From contig NW_002060968.1 of assembly GCF_000150275.1 (NCBI RefSeq), positions 105,797 through 169,796 on the forward strand: a DNA stretch of 64,000 nucleotides, written 5' to 3'. The notes beneath the pieces were generated by a model, which was given only the letters and a program-made list of their open reading frames with translations, ran no database searches and had not been told where the DNA came from. Source of the stretch: Trichoplax adhaerens (Eukaryota > Animalia > Placozoa). Every line of letters begins with the position of its first letter. The stretch's first letter is position 1. The position numbers were made by a program, and so were the translations under genes. This document shows positions 14,681-28,602 of the stretch, piece by piece.

Positions 14681-16689
14681 TCAAATTGCCACTATATCGA
14701 TTTTACATTCAGGTGGAATATATTTCATTTTCTTTTTGTCTTGAATGAAAATTTTTCCTTGGCTGAAACAAACCAAGGCAGGATAGTTTTTTTGATGACG
14801 TGTTTTATAATTTATCAACACGAAAGAATCGTCGGAGTCGACAAATTCGAAATTATAGCTGCATATGAATGTGGGGGGAATTTTCTTTTCGATGTGACGA
14901 ATTTTTTCTTTTAGAGCCGTCGAGTTGTAATGGTTAGGGATTGCCTTGGCGCTGTCTCTCAGTAGTAAATCCTGCAACATAACAGATAAAATGCATTATT
15001 GTCATTAGCTTCTTTCAACCTGTAAAATTCTAGTAAAAAAGCCATGTTAAGTACGAATATAACTATACTTGTAGATGTGAATATTCCTATCATTCAGCAA
15101 GTAAATCCTACTTAGTTTAATAATTAAGAATTTTAACATAGACTAGCCATTAATCCTCAAATCACGGATTGATAAAGTTGTCAATAGCAAGTTCATGTTC
15201 ATCTCTATCACTAGTTGATTTTCTCTACCAACCATCGCTATCAGAAATAAATTTACTGGCATATCTTATGCTATGCTTACCACAAATACCAAATCGTAAT
15301 AATATGGATTTTGTCGCTGCTGAAGGCATAATAAAGAAGATGGCTTTCTATCAACCATATGCAATATCCAAATAATGCTTATAGCGCTACGTAGCATCGT
15401 GAAATGTCCTAGAATAATATGATAGGAATTTAAAAGCATAAAATCGATAAGAATCAGTCTTCTATTCGTATTGTATTGCACGATTGATATGCTCTAGCTT
15501 AGGTATTGACTGAATCATGATCAAAGAATAAACGTAAAGTATGCTAGCGTAGACTTTTCATCGAAGCAACAGTAGTTCATAATACGATTATGCAGAATCA
15601 AGTATAAAAATACAGACTACAATCGTGGAGCACCTCTCCATATTCCCGAGCTCTAATCTTAATTTCCTGATGATACCATAATTGAAGCGCTTTTACTCAT
15701 TTATGCTAGTAGAAATGATCAACTTACCAATATCAGGATTGAGAGAAACTTGAGGTAGATTTGTATCTGATTCACCTAAATAACCAGCCCTATTTCCAAT
15801 AACGAATGCTTGATCACTTTTACTTATATAGCCATCCATACTCCGGTACGCGAATTCATTATTGCGTAGAAGATCTGTAAAGATAAATATTTCATTGATC
15901 TTACTTGGCCATTAGCCAAAACTATTCCGATTAGCGGCGCATTTATATCAATTATTGTTAATACAATTAAGCAAGCATGAGATCAAGTAAAAGGAAGTAA
16001 TGTCATGGAAATAAAGGAGTAAAGTGAAAATAGATACCGTATCTTTAATTAATAACAGCCAAAATAGAGTGCTTATTATACACACAGCTTTCTATTAAAA
16101 GATTCATGAGCTACTTACGATTTTTATGAAGATGAGAACGCATTTTTTCTTCAATTTGCCGTGGATGCACCGTTGTAAACTTCCTGTTAAAGTGCTGATA
16201 TTTCAATACTTTATAAACACTATGATAGTTAAACGATTTTAGGGAAAAATGTATTTGAAATTTCTTTGTAACAATATAATCCGCTCAATAGTGTAAATTA
16301 AAACACCAATGCAAATAATAGAACTAATGGGCCTGATAATTTTATACTCCTACAAGGTGCTAAAATGCAATGGAACGATTTCGGCAGTAGTTCTGTTTAA
16401 AATTCTTTCTTAGCGATGTAATTCTCTCAATAACGCCAACAAAAACTAATCTAACGATCAGATTTATGAGCTTTACAGTTATCGCCTCATTGCTTTATAT
16501 AAGCTACTTAATATCTCAGTTTTAATTCCACTCTTGCTGTCTTCTCTATAAGGAAACGAAACTGTTGTTGTGTACCTAAAATGAAATAATTTATTAAGCG
16601 TATCCAAAAATTCATTCAATTATCACAATATTAGTTTAAACAATTGATGTTTACCGATGAGTTATCATCACTAATGTCTTCAGTAACAT
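14681..16689 (-). CDS. FGF/IL-1-like beta-trefoil family copy 1: exons 16183-16119, 15874-15728, 15408-15281, 14971-14681. Candidate first exon 16689-16655 (221 aa total); alternative ATG at 16143 gives 196 aa
   Basis: Spliced product ..KFTTVHPRQIEEKMRSHLHKN|HLLRNNEFAYRSMDGYISKSDQAFVIGNRAGYLGESDTNLPQVSLNPDI|GHFTMLRSAISIIWILHMVDRKPSSLLCLQQRQNPYYYDLVFV|DLLLRDS...FICSYNFEFVDSDDSFVLINYKTRHQKNYPALVCFSQGKIFIQDKKKMKYIPPECKIDIVAI*. Canonical splice sites; core exons 147/128/291 nt. 5' end uncertain. Confidence 0.8.
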
Positions 16690-19600
16690 ATAGATCCATA
16701 TAAAGAATAAGCAACCCTTCCAAACCAGTCCGGAATAAAAAAATATCTTGCTTTCTCATGGCCAATAAATTTCAAAACCGAAATGGCATTTATTCTCTAT
16801 GACAAAATAAAAAATGGTTCCAAGTTTGACTTCTTCCAAATTTGTCACATCTTTCACAACATGCAACGGAATGCAAACTATTTTGATGCCTATCTTGTAT
16901 CCCGGCTTATAAGTCAACAATGTTTAAATGTATTAGTATACAGAATACGTGGCGCTACTTCTCAAGTCATTTAAATAATTAATTCAATTTTAAAAATTGG
17001 GTCAATTCAACAAAAAAAGACGCCGGCAGTTTCATGACTTAATTAGCAATAGCAGATAATCTCTTGTTCACCCATTTTACTTAGCGTGGTTTTAAATTTG
17101 AGTTGACAACACAAACTTCAACTATAGTCATTTAAATAACTTCTACAAATTTAATATTCCATTACTGTCCGTATACTTGTAGCATAACAGGCAATAATGC
17201 AATACGTCTACGTGTTAGATTGTTTGTAAATTTAAAATTACGAAACTAATTCAGTTTCGGTTAAAGCCAAGTGAATTAGTTTAGATACCAAATTCGTAGG
17301 CAGCTCAAAGATTAGATCGTATGATTGTAATTAATCACTTGATCGGTGATGTTCTCATGCATTTTAAAGGAGAGCCTTAAGCGATACTCATATACTTTTA
17401 GATCTAAGAATGTACGATAGCTAAGATTTTTTATTAGTATAAAATTCCGTTTGCATATGCTCTGTAGCTGCTTGCGTAGATACCCGTAACATATAGATAG
17501 AAGATATAAATGCCAATGACTTTTAAAATAACAAGAATTCTAGATTTGACTCTAGTGAAGACTGGTGCTAGTGTTTAACCGACGTTGGAAACAGTTTCTT
17601 CGAGTATGTTACTATAGTAAAGCAACAATGGCATAGTTGTAATATATAATGAACTCATATTAAATGTTTTACAAAGAATTTAATAACAATAGAATTTAAA
17701 AGTGCTTACATCTAAAAAAAGTAAACAAAAGATTAATTGCGTCGCAGGAAAAAAATCATGCATTACCTACAAAAAATCTATGTTAAAAAAGAACTGAGGT
17801 AACAATTAATTGTAATAGGATCTAAAATTTAATTGGTAGCGAAATAAATAACTGACACTTGTGCTAATAAGATTATAAATAAGAAATCTATGTCTAAAGA
17901 TAGCGGTATCAAACTTGATCATATCTTTAATAAGATTTAAACCTGCATTTAAGTGACAATAAAATAAATAAAAAATTATCATGTCAGCAAAAATTAAACA
18001 GATAGAATTTACGTTCATGGCTTTGACTTCAGAATTGTAATCAAACTTTTACCCTATCTATAATAAGATTTAAAGCTACATCCAGCTAAGAATAAAAAAA
18101 CAAATCATAACCATTTTCCGACAAAAATTATAAATAAGGAATCTATATTTTTGAACTATGATGTCAAAATTTTCATATCATAGCCACAAGATAAATGCTA
18201 TTTGTTTAACCCTATTAAGTTGCGTTTCATCAGTTATTATACAATTAAATTTACCTGTATTCAACTTCTATAGTTAAAGTGATCACAAACACAAATACAG
18301 CTCCTTCTCTCGAAAATGGTTCTATGAACGTTACCCTACCTAAAAAAGTAAAATATGAAATTTATGATAAAATTACGTTACGTACATCATCATCCAAGTT
18401 CTAGAACACTAGAAAACAAATAGATCACGCTAGTACATAACTTATCTAATCAGGCCCAGTACTTCCTGTACCTAAATTGATATAAAACGGCCTAAAAACA
18501 ATTTTTGGAGATGTTATCCAAAAATTTTTTCTTACTTTACTATTAGTAGATAGCATAGTTAAAGTAGCTGCAAATTTTGAAAGCATGCAGGAAAAACACT
18601 AATCACTTTCTTCTTATACTGCATTGCCTATTTAGCTGTATAAACAAAAACATTATCTAATCATGGTGTATGTATTACAGATTGCATCATTCATTGCTTC
18701 GTTCGTTTATAATCTATCATGATCAACTTAATAGTTGATAATTATCTAGAAGTTTAGGTACATGGTCTTGCGCATCCAGTTATACTTTGCAATTCTAGAC
18801 ATATCCTGCAATCCTGTTTTCCTTCTATTAATAGATACTACTGTTACAATAGATCTTGCTTTGGCAGCTTGCTGAGAACCACTAGCTTTTTTCTGTTACT
18901 ACAGTAACTATCAAGTTATATAGTCAACAACATTATCCGATCATAGTTTGTATCTCAGATAGGTTTCATCGTTCATTACTTCATTCGTTTGCAATTCATC
19001 ATGATCAACTTAATAGTTTGCAATTAAGAACTACATGATCTTGATTGCTTAGCTATAGGTTGCAAACAGATATATAAATATAAATCATTGCATGTATACT
19101 GTTTACCTATTATCTGCTCTCTGCAAAATATGCATAATTTATAATATCCAATCAGAATTAACTTTATCATCATGCTTAAAATTAACGATAAGCAAATGCC
19201 GTGATATAGTGCGAAATATATCTTAAACTTCCTTTATTTTACTGTAAACGGATAATAAGGTTAAAGCAGCTCCGTCCTTATCATCTTGCTAATAAAATAC
19301 TAACTCTTTTCTTCTTGGACCGTAAACAAAAGAATAGACATAAAAACGTTATTAATTATTAGTTTATGTCATAAACTGTTTTACATCATTCGTTACTTGA
19401 CGTATTGGCAATTAAAAAAGACCTGCTTACAAAAAATTCACTTTAATGGCTGCCAACTGTCGATTACATTTTACAATATTGCTAACTACTTTTAGAATCT
19501 GCTTACATGGCGCTGTTTGGCAAACAAATTCAAAGATATGCTTTATTCATTTGAAATTGAATAAAAAATAGCAATATCTGTAGTTTCTAAATAGAATATT

Positions 19601-19859
19601 CTCAATACTTATACGCAGTCTAATAATATACTGTGCCATACTGTATGAATGCAAAACGGATTGGCAGCAAAATATAAAATATATTAATTAAGCTGATGAG
19701 AGCGAATGATGAAGGTTTCAGCAATCAAGCATTTCTGTTACTATATAATCCTAACTTTTTTCCTTTTGTACCCTTTTCAACTTGAAAATTATATATTAAA
19801 AAGGAAACTTAATTATGGGATTTATTTTACCCGTCCGAATAACTGCACTGCCAATAATG

Positions 19860-19950
19860 CAATTTAAATCACTGTAGTATACATTATTAAATCATGTAAA
19901 TCATAGCCATTATTACAATTTCGACATGGAAATAATAATCTTTTTCTTAG
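19860..19950. repeat. Isolated partial unit of the 12.2-13.7 kb repeat
   Basis: ATCACTGTAGTATAC...CATGTAAATCA...TTACAATTTCGACAT.GAAATAAT matches the repeat unit. Confidence 0.6.
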
Positions 19951-20799
19951 TTTAATTTTCATATTATACACTCATTTTATTGGCTGTAATTCTAAGTTAA
20001 GCTCAGGGTAGCCTAACAATATGTAAGATAAGAGGTATAGGCGTGAATTGACTGGAAAATTTAGTATCTTAAGAGATAATTCCAAGAAGTCGTCTAGAAG
20101 AGTTGAAATTCGATAAATTCTAAATAAAAAGTCAGAATAAATTTAACAGGAGAACGATGTGTTTTATTACTTTTGATTCTTCTTCTTTAGTAATAGGAGA
20201 ATGGTTATGTACTATGGCTATCGTGGAGTAATTATTTATGGCTATCGTGGAGTAATTATTTAATTCATGTAGAGCAGCTTTCTTTTAAAAATAATGAAAA
20301 CAATCCATTTTATTAGGAAATAGTAGACATTGAAGTCATTACAAAAAACATTTACAAATTCAGCACGGTTATCAATTATCTTGACATCAAAAATGCATAA
20401 GACTATCTTCTGGATGGAATATGGTAAATTTTTGCAATAAGTATAACAAGTAAAAGAATAGAAATGCGTTTAGGTGACTAAGTATGTATCAAAATTCCTA
20501 ATACGATATTTCTATATCGCTAAATGTAGTAATAGCTGGCTACAATTGGCAACTTAGACGGCATTATAGCTAAAATATGTGCTGTCAAAAAAAATATTGA
20601 TTATAAAACAAAGTATATTGCTGTAGTCAGTAAAGCACTTGAGGTAAGTGCGGTCAAGAATGGTTCATAGCAATTAAATCAAATGCAATTTCCAATTTAT
20701 AATAAGAGCCTTGTACATTTATCGCAAGCATGATAGTTTAAAGGTTGAATTAAAGTCTTGGATAACGTAATTTAAAAGGCAAAACAGCCAGAACTTGAA

Positions 20800-22560
20800 C
20801 TAAGTATTCACCAAAAGTATTCTGCATTCAGAAAGAATGGAGTTATATACGTATTTTATTCCATCAAGCTTTATAATCATTCTACTATTAAAACAGACTG
20901 CTTTAAATTGATATTGGTTAGGTCCATGAATCCTGCAAATACTCTAGACCAAGATATTTGCCGATTCGGGCAAATAGTAATCGCATTCAAAGCTACAGAA
21001 GTATTTGGATTCAATTTCCTCTTCGATACGTTGTATTTTATTACATAGTTGATTCTCGATTATATTTACGCTATGATTCAGATACAAATCCTATATAGTA
21101 CAAAATGATGACATTTAATTATTAACCCTAACAAATTTTAAAATCGCTAAGTTTAGTAAAACCTCATCAAATGTTATACAAGCACAGTATATTAATTTTT
21201 GTCAATTTTTTTAGGAATTCAGCATGTGGCACGCTAGCGAAGAAATATCAACATCGCGTTGCAATCCATAATCAAATTAAGGTTTAATAAATTTCCTAGT
21301 AGCAAGCTCAGCTTTACTGTCAATCATTAATGGATTCCTATCTAGTTAGCCAAATTATTAATAATCTTGTTATCAAAGAGAATGAAATTCTTACCTCAAA
21401 TACCATCTCATAATGAAAATGATCTTGACGCTGATGGAGGCATAAAAAGAAGATGGTCGTTTCCCAACCACTTGCAATATACAAAAGAGTGTCATATTGC
21501 TAAGTATCAATATAAAATGCTCTGCAGAAAGGATATGGGAATGATGAAGGATGAAATGGTTAGCTCTTACTCCTATTGATGAATGGTAATGACTAACTTA
21601 CTTGTATCAGGCACTTGAGTTAGATTGGCATCGATTCTACCTACGAAACCATTATTACTTCCAATATTTATCGCTTGAATAGTTCTTTGAATATATCCAT
21701 CACTACCGCGATAAGCAAATATTTCTCCAATTATGTCATCTATAACATACGAGATGGAACATTAACGTATACTGTTTATTCCTGACCATAAACCCAAAAA
21801 TTAGAAACCAATTTATTCAATCCCAATCCTTTCTATGCAGTCGCTGTTCTTATCAAAGTCAATTCTTGACCGATACTATATAACTGTCCATGCTAACTTA
21901 CAAATTATCTGGATATCAAGTATGAACTCGCTACCATAGTGATATATTGTGCTAATGATGAGATTAAAGCGGGAGAGAAAAAAGATCGAATAAAAAATAA
22001 TTTAAGTCCTCCTACAGAGATGAAGCAGTAAAGGAGCAAGGTAATAAAGAATAAATATTAAAGATCGATTTTAAGCTGATCAAGTGCTCATTGAAAAGAT
22101 TAAAGAGCAACTTACTATTCCTAACAGTATCATATTCTCCATTATGCCAAGGATATACAGTAATTTTCTTACTACTTGAATACTGATATCTTAATCACTT
22201 TAATTGTGAAAGCAGTAATTTTTATTTAATATCGTGATTATGTAACTCGCTCAGGGACGACAATTAAAGCTAACGGAATTATCAGCCCTTGTGAGTCTTA
22301 TAGTTTCTCTCGGCAGTTCTAGAAAATATTGCTTTATATTCCATGCCTATCTCCTCTCTTATTGTCTTATTTAATAGAAATAAAACTGTTTCAATACAGC
22401 AAATAAAGGAAAATTTATTAAAAAAGCCTTAGAGAGCTGATTAAATAATGGCTTATACTTAGAATAAGTCGTCACAACATTCTACTGTAATATATAATCA
22501 CTCCTAATATGTTTACCAAGATGCTACCTTAGCAGTCTTCTTTTCTATTATGTCAATCAT
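20800..22560 (-). pseudogene. FGF/IL-1-like family copy 2 (closest to copy 1), disrupted: exons 22560-22517 (candidate), 22171-22116, 21739-21602, 21521-21395, 21090-20800
   Basis: Exon DIIGEIFAYRGSDGYIQRTIQAINIGSNNGFVGRIDANLTQV aligns to copy 1. The middle exon is 127 nt instead of 128 (1-nt deletion in the A-run at 21444-21448, just before LCL). In-frame TAG at 20946-20944 in a 291-nt last exon. Confidence 0.85.
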
Positions 22561-24338
22561 TCATAAAATAAAATAGAAACTGTTTTAATTTATCATATTG
22601 CGACAGGTACTTCAACAGTATCTAAATTGCTTAACGAGAATCATATGCCAAATTAGACACGTTATTTAAATTAACTCTGTGCTAAAACTAGACCATTGAT
22701 AAGAATAATAGCTCGCCTGCAGTGAACGACGCCAAGTATCAGTTAGTATTTCAATCTCTTAAGGATTTTATGTTAACTTTGTGTTCTTCTAAATTATAGC
22801 CTATGGCACAATGTAATTCCTCAGTGATATAAATAATTTTACAAGTAAAGAAGATCTTATTCTATAGTAATCTAATAGAGACTTGCAATATTCTATAAAG
22901 AATAAGGTTTAAAAGGCACTTGCAACCGAAAATAAAATAAACAAATGCTGTAGTTGTTCCAGATCATTACATTGCAGTGCAAAATTGCGAACATACGAGC
23001 GTATAAATATATGTCTTCAATCAAGATAGAGTTAAGGATTACTTTTATCCATGTGTAATAAAGATACTGAACCTCTGCTACATAGCGTTTTGTATGAAAT
23101 TATGGCTACTTTACAATAGAAATCATCTAAGAAGTGAGGGTGTTCTTTAGATTTACCTCGTTAAGGCGAGATATCGACACCTTTTCTTCTTCACTACCGT
23201 ACAAAATTTTATATAGATTACTACAGAAATGATCTATGAGCAATTGCCTAATCTAAAGAAAGGAAGTTAGATAGTCTATCGAGATTGAAAAAATCTTTTG
23301 ATGCTACTATCCTCAGCTTTGACATAATATTTCAATATTATAATTTAAAATAGCGCTATCACAACCTACGCTTGCTATTAATTTACTGCTCATATTTTCC
23401 TACGGCGAAGACAAGTTGGAATTGCATAAATGATAATTTTTCATCGGTATAAATTATCAAAGATTGAAGAACTAAAGTTAAAACGGATTCATTTCGGATT
23501 TGAAGTCTGGCCATAGAAATTATCATATCTCTCTATTATCAAGAACTGCAATAAAATGAAACTCAGCATATGTGTAAGGGCTTTTCAATAGATTTACATC
23601 GATAATAATTAGTTGCTGCCCTATCTACAGAATCAATCTTTTAGAAAGCCCAATAACTTTCGTCGTTAATTATTAGTCTAAAATATCATCACATCCAATG
23701 ACTGCTCATTTAATAATTCATATGGCAGTTATTCTGTAATTATATCAAATTCTTCATTATTTTGAGAACAAGAATGGATATTATTTTTGGACAAGTTAAA
23801 CAATCAGAGTACTTTATTGATTACATTGTTGATTTGCATAAATGTAAGGATTCTGTTATTGGGTGAAAATGAACGATGATATTGCTAATTATAAAGTCTA
23901 ACAGACAACATTGATTATTCAAACAGATTCCAAGCTTGAGCAATGGGTTGATATAGGTTAAATAACGTAAATAAACATTACAACAACGGATCTGGCTCAC
24001 TGTAATAGGATTTCAGTTTTCATTTCTATAATGTCTATCACATACTTGACTAATTTTAGTGTCAATTCTATTTCTTTTCGTTTCTCTTATCGTAATATAC
24101 AGCATTTTTGCCATACATCAGAAAGCTATGCATAAAATTGATATTTGAAACTTTGATTTAGGTGATAAGATAGATAATCAGCACCAATATATCTTAATTA
24201 TATTATTTCTTACTGTCATATTCGTCAGACTCCATCTAGCAGGTATCGATTAGCCGTTTTATAAATTGGTTTGGGTTGTAATTGGTAAATCGATAGGGGT
24301 AAGCTTATTATTATTCATCCTTACATATATTCCATCCA

Positions 24339-27300
24339 TTAATTATCGTACTTTGTGACAGGTAAGATTGAAAAGATGCAGTCTCGTGGAATGTAGTCAC
24401 TAGGTCTTTTGAATAAAGTTGCAGTACCTTGCGCAAAGAAGAAAATGGTATCATTCGGGTGATAATCGCCATCAACAAGTTGGAATGCCATTTGCGGCTC
24501 CCCCATAAAAGGCTTAAGCATGAGCATAGAAAATTTCCAGATGACATCATAGCTTGTTAATGTCTTTATCCTATCCACTATTCGTGTGATTATATCTCTA
24601 GTATCGTCTTCTTCTATGGCAGGAACACTCTAAATATGTGAAGAAGATTTAGCTAATACTATCAACTGCCTATTTGTAAGTACTAATGAGACTGAAAATA
24701 TCCATCGCACGCAAGTACAAAAGATAAAAATGAAGCCAAACTGTAAGCTTGGATAGAAATGAGTGGCTTCAATACCTTTACTTAACAAGACAATACAAAA
24801 TAATTTGGATAGAAATAATAAGATAATAATTGATTTAAATTAGCCCTTAGTAAATAACTTTTAGGGTTAAGTGTAATCATGCGTAGACCAGGGAAAAAGG
24901 GAATAGGGTAAAATAATGTCTTAAATCATGGTGTTATATTAATAAAATTAGTATTAGGATTTATGATTATTTTTTCTCGTTCTTGTATGGACGACTATTT
25001 ACTCTTTCGAATTCGAATACTACCGGTAAAGAAAAATATTGTGTGTATTGAGCTAAATTTGGAAAATATTGTAAGCCGTGATAACATATTATGCAGAAAA
25101 CAGTTCTATTCTAATGATGCTCAAATCTTAATAGAATGGACTTCACTATTTCATATAACTTTTTCGACAGGGAAACACTCTTTAATGTATAATTGGCATT
25201 CCTTTTGACGAGAGTACAGGTTCGGAAAGTTAAGAATTATGAGTATGTTCGTAAAATGCTATGCTGATAAAAATTATAATCTACAATGGTATTACAATTT
25301 CTTATAATTTTTCTGTACGAAAGAATTCGGTATTACACCAGAATCAATCTGATCGGGACTGGAAAGTTTTAAAGAATAAAGAAGCCTTTATGATGACGGT
25401 TAATTTTTAGAATTCTCTCTCAAGATTTTCTTATTTTAATAAGTACTATAGCTTTAAAAATAACTTAATTTGGTTTAATTATAGTAGGTTTAACTTAATA
25501 TCGTAACACATTGTTAACCTGACTACTTTATTCAGGTTAGAGCGTAAGAATATTCTGTAGCATAATTTTGATAAGAGTATCACGATGTTAGATTGTAATT
25601 TATGTGATATAATTAGTTAGTATAATACTCCTGCTTTAATTATGATAAAAACTAGTAGCCAATTTTGATTACAAAGTGCAGTAAAGATAATGTTACTTCG
25701 TTATTGAATACTGTGTAAACCCAAATATTTCGATCTGGGTTCTAATTTAAGATTGTTAGTGAGCCTTAGTCTTTTTTGTATATGTCTTAGACCGTAGGGA
25801 AGTAAAATTTGTAGATTTAGTAATTTTGAGAATCTAGGGTACAATTTATCTGATCATATGTGTTTAATGGCTAATTTTATTTAAAATAATTTAGAATAAT
25901 AATTTGATAGCCTAATGCCACCAACTGCCCTAAATTCGTGAGTAAATTGTATTTTTCGTTGATAGTTTGACTTGTTAAGGCAGCAATTCTGCCCTTATTG
26001 TAATTTTTAATTGGTTTTTATAAGTTGTTTGCTAAATTTATAAATTATTGGTGGTTTCTCCTAATTTTCCTTGAGTTAGAATTAAAAATTTGTTAGATTT
26101 ACTTGAACTTTTGCGTCCATTCTTACTCTTAGATGAAACTACTATTTAACTCTGAAAAAGAATGAAATCTTATAAAGCAACTCAAGTACAGTACATTTAA
26201 TTGCAAGTAGCTTATCGATAGGGGAAAGTTCATTGCAACAAAAATGATACAGTATGTTATAAAGTGTAAAATCACAGAATATTTAAAATAATCTTGCTAA
26301 CTGCGCTACAGTCTCGTATTAAAAGTGCTTATTACAATTATTTATGCAGATTAATGTTTGAATGTAATACTCATTCTTACGTAATTTATTGCAAGATCAT
26401 GTATAAAAGACTGGAAATTACTTGCATTCTTATAGTATATTTATCATTTATTTCTTTAACTTACTAAGTAGGCAACTTCGTAGTTTTTGCTTCTATGGTG
26501 TCGAACTAAGCACAATACAGCTTCTGGTCTATTCTTAGTTATAGAAAGAAAAGCAGTTTTCTCTTCATCCATAGGTCGCATTTCAAGATGTACTAGAAAT
26601 GGAAGGAAGTAACTTTAATAATTTCAAAAATATCGGAAATAAGGAATACCGTAATCTACAATTCTTTAAACATAAGCCTGTCGTAAATTTATCTAATAAT
26701 ACACTATCATTTTCCCTACATTAAATTCTTATACATGATAAAATTATAAGATCAAACATTATTCATAGCCGGATAGGAAGGAATTATCTATAATTCTAAA
26801 AACTTTAAGTCTGTCATAACTATCTTATATTAAATTTTCCTGCGGTATGTTCATTTTCGTTATAAATTATGTCATCGTACGTTAATGCCTGGATGAGACG
26901 AATTATTTTTAATTTTATCACTTTTAAGCTCTTAGTGTGTAGTGGTTTTACGAATACAAGCCTTATATTAAATTAATAATGACAGAAGCAAATGCGAGAT
27001 CAAATATTAGTGTTAAATTAACTTGCAGTAAAGTTAGTTTTTACCGCATGGCATAAAATGGCAAGATACTGCTGCTTACAACTCTACAAATTCATTAGCT
27101 TAAAATCCTTTTTTTTACTAAGTGTTGTTTAGGATTTTATTCATTTATTTAGAAACAAATTATTATGATATATATTTAGCTCGTAATAATTGCACTTGAC
27201 GGTATGCTAGCCTGCCATTTGCCAAACATCATGGCTGAAGTAGTAAATCGAATACCCGTGATCGGTATCAGTAGTGAAGTACTACGGCTCATAACTCTGC

Positions 27301-28214
27301 AACTTCGTTACCTTATAATTATTATTTTGACTTTATGTTAACTTGTAAGAAAGTTAACTGTTATCTTATGTAAGAAATGGTGAAAAGCTACTGTTTACAA
27401 GTCTTTAAATTTACTAGTCTATAAATATTATTCTGATTATAGGTTAACTTGTAGTAAAATTAATGGTTATGTCATAGAATAATGAAATGCTGCTGTCTAG
27501 ATTATCTTAATGATGGATAACAGTTTTTATAAATGGAAAGGCTGCATCGCTAATAGAATATTAGTTCCATATAGCATAAAATCAAAATAATTTGCTTGCA
27601 GATAACTAGTTAAAAAGCTATACCATCGCTAAGGTATATATATATGTTACGGCGTAACATATATACTCCTTAGCTGTAACTGGCATAGTTTAAGTTATAA
27701 TGACATAGATATTGGGTAGAATACCAACATCGAAAAGAAAGCTTAATCATACCAGCTTCAGGATCCAATTTATCTATTATGCTTGAAAAAACGGCTTCAA
27801 AACCAATACTGGATCCATATGGTATAATTTCTGTACTGCGAATCAAATATTGATCATTCCACAGTAACATAACTGTTCGGGCACTAGATGCCTCAGAAAC
27901 TTTCGCATGTTCATCTGCTAAAAGCCGAAATCAGAAGATGAATCTTAACAATTCCATCTTAGAATCGAAAGTATCTATAAGTAATTTCATTACTGCCATG
28001 GATACGGGTAATAATACTAGTGTAAATTTCGTCATATAACTAATTGAATTTCCCATCTAACTAGCCAATTTATATTTTTAAGACAACAAAATCAGTGTTT
28101 GGAATTTGAGTTCTATCTCACTAATCCTACTCGAATATAGATTTTTTAAGCATAAATTGCTGGTTGGAAAATTTTGTAACAGTTCCTAGTAAGTCTCGTC
28201 AATTTACCCGACAT
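24339..28214 (-). CDS. FGF/IL-1-like family copy 3, 196 aa: exons 28214-28208, 27917-27753, 26592-26465, 24629-24339
   Basis: MS|ADEHAKVSEASSARTVMLLWNDQYLIRSTEIIPYGSSIGFEAVFSSIIDKLDPEA|VHLEMRPMDEEKTAFLSITKNRPEAVLCLVRHHRSKNYEVAYL|SVPAIEEDD...VIWKFSMLML...IFFFAQGTATLFKRPSDYIPRDCIFSILPVTKYDN*. Exons 7/165/128/291 nt, intron phases 1,1,0. An upstream in-frame stop precedes the ATG. Confidence 0.88.
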
Positions 28215-28594
28215 ATTGAATTGTATTATAAGTATGCACAAGTACGGGCTTGAAATGGAAAAGGTTTAAAGTATTTTTGAATTTTTAGTTCTTTCCAAAG
28301 TTTTCACCTGAAAAGAATTTTACGATTTTTTTATATTCTTTAAACTAGATTGGCAGCAATTTATAGTTACAATTATATATAGTTGAGCAAATTGTAGCCT
28401 AATATTTCAAAATCAAATCGACTTTATAAAAGTAGAAATTTATATGTCTTTATGGTCTTACCGCGATATGTTTACTGACTAAAATTCAAAGCTTATCAGG
28501 CAATATGCAGCCTAAAATTGAGATTTTCCTTGATCAAGTAGATGTCTTCGGCTTGATTGACAACAAGTTATAGTAGAAAAACTTACGTCCTCAT

Positions 28595-28602
28595 TATTTA
28601 TA
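28595..28602 (-). promoter_or_regulatory. Candidate TATA box of copy 3 (homologous TATAAATA at 35215-35223 for copy 4)
   Basis: TATAAATA on the - strand at equivalent positions in both paralogues, upstream of a conserved non-coding exon donor (~28460 / ~35080). Confidence 0.45.
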
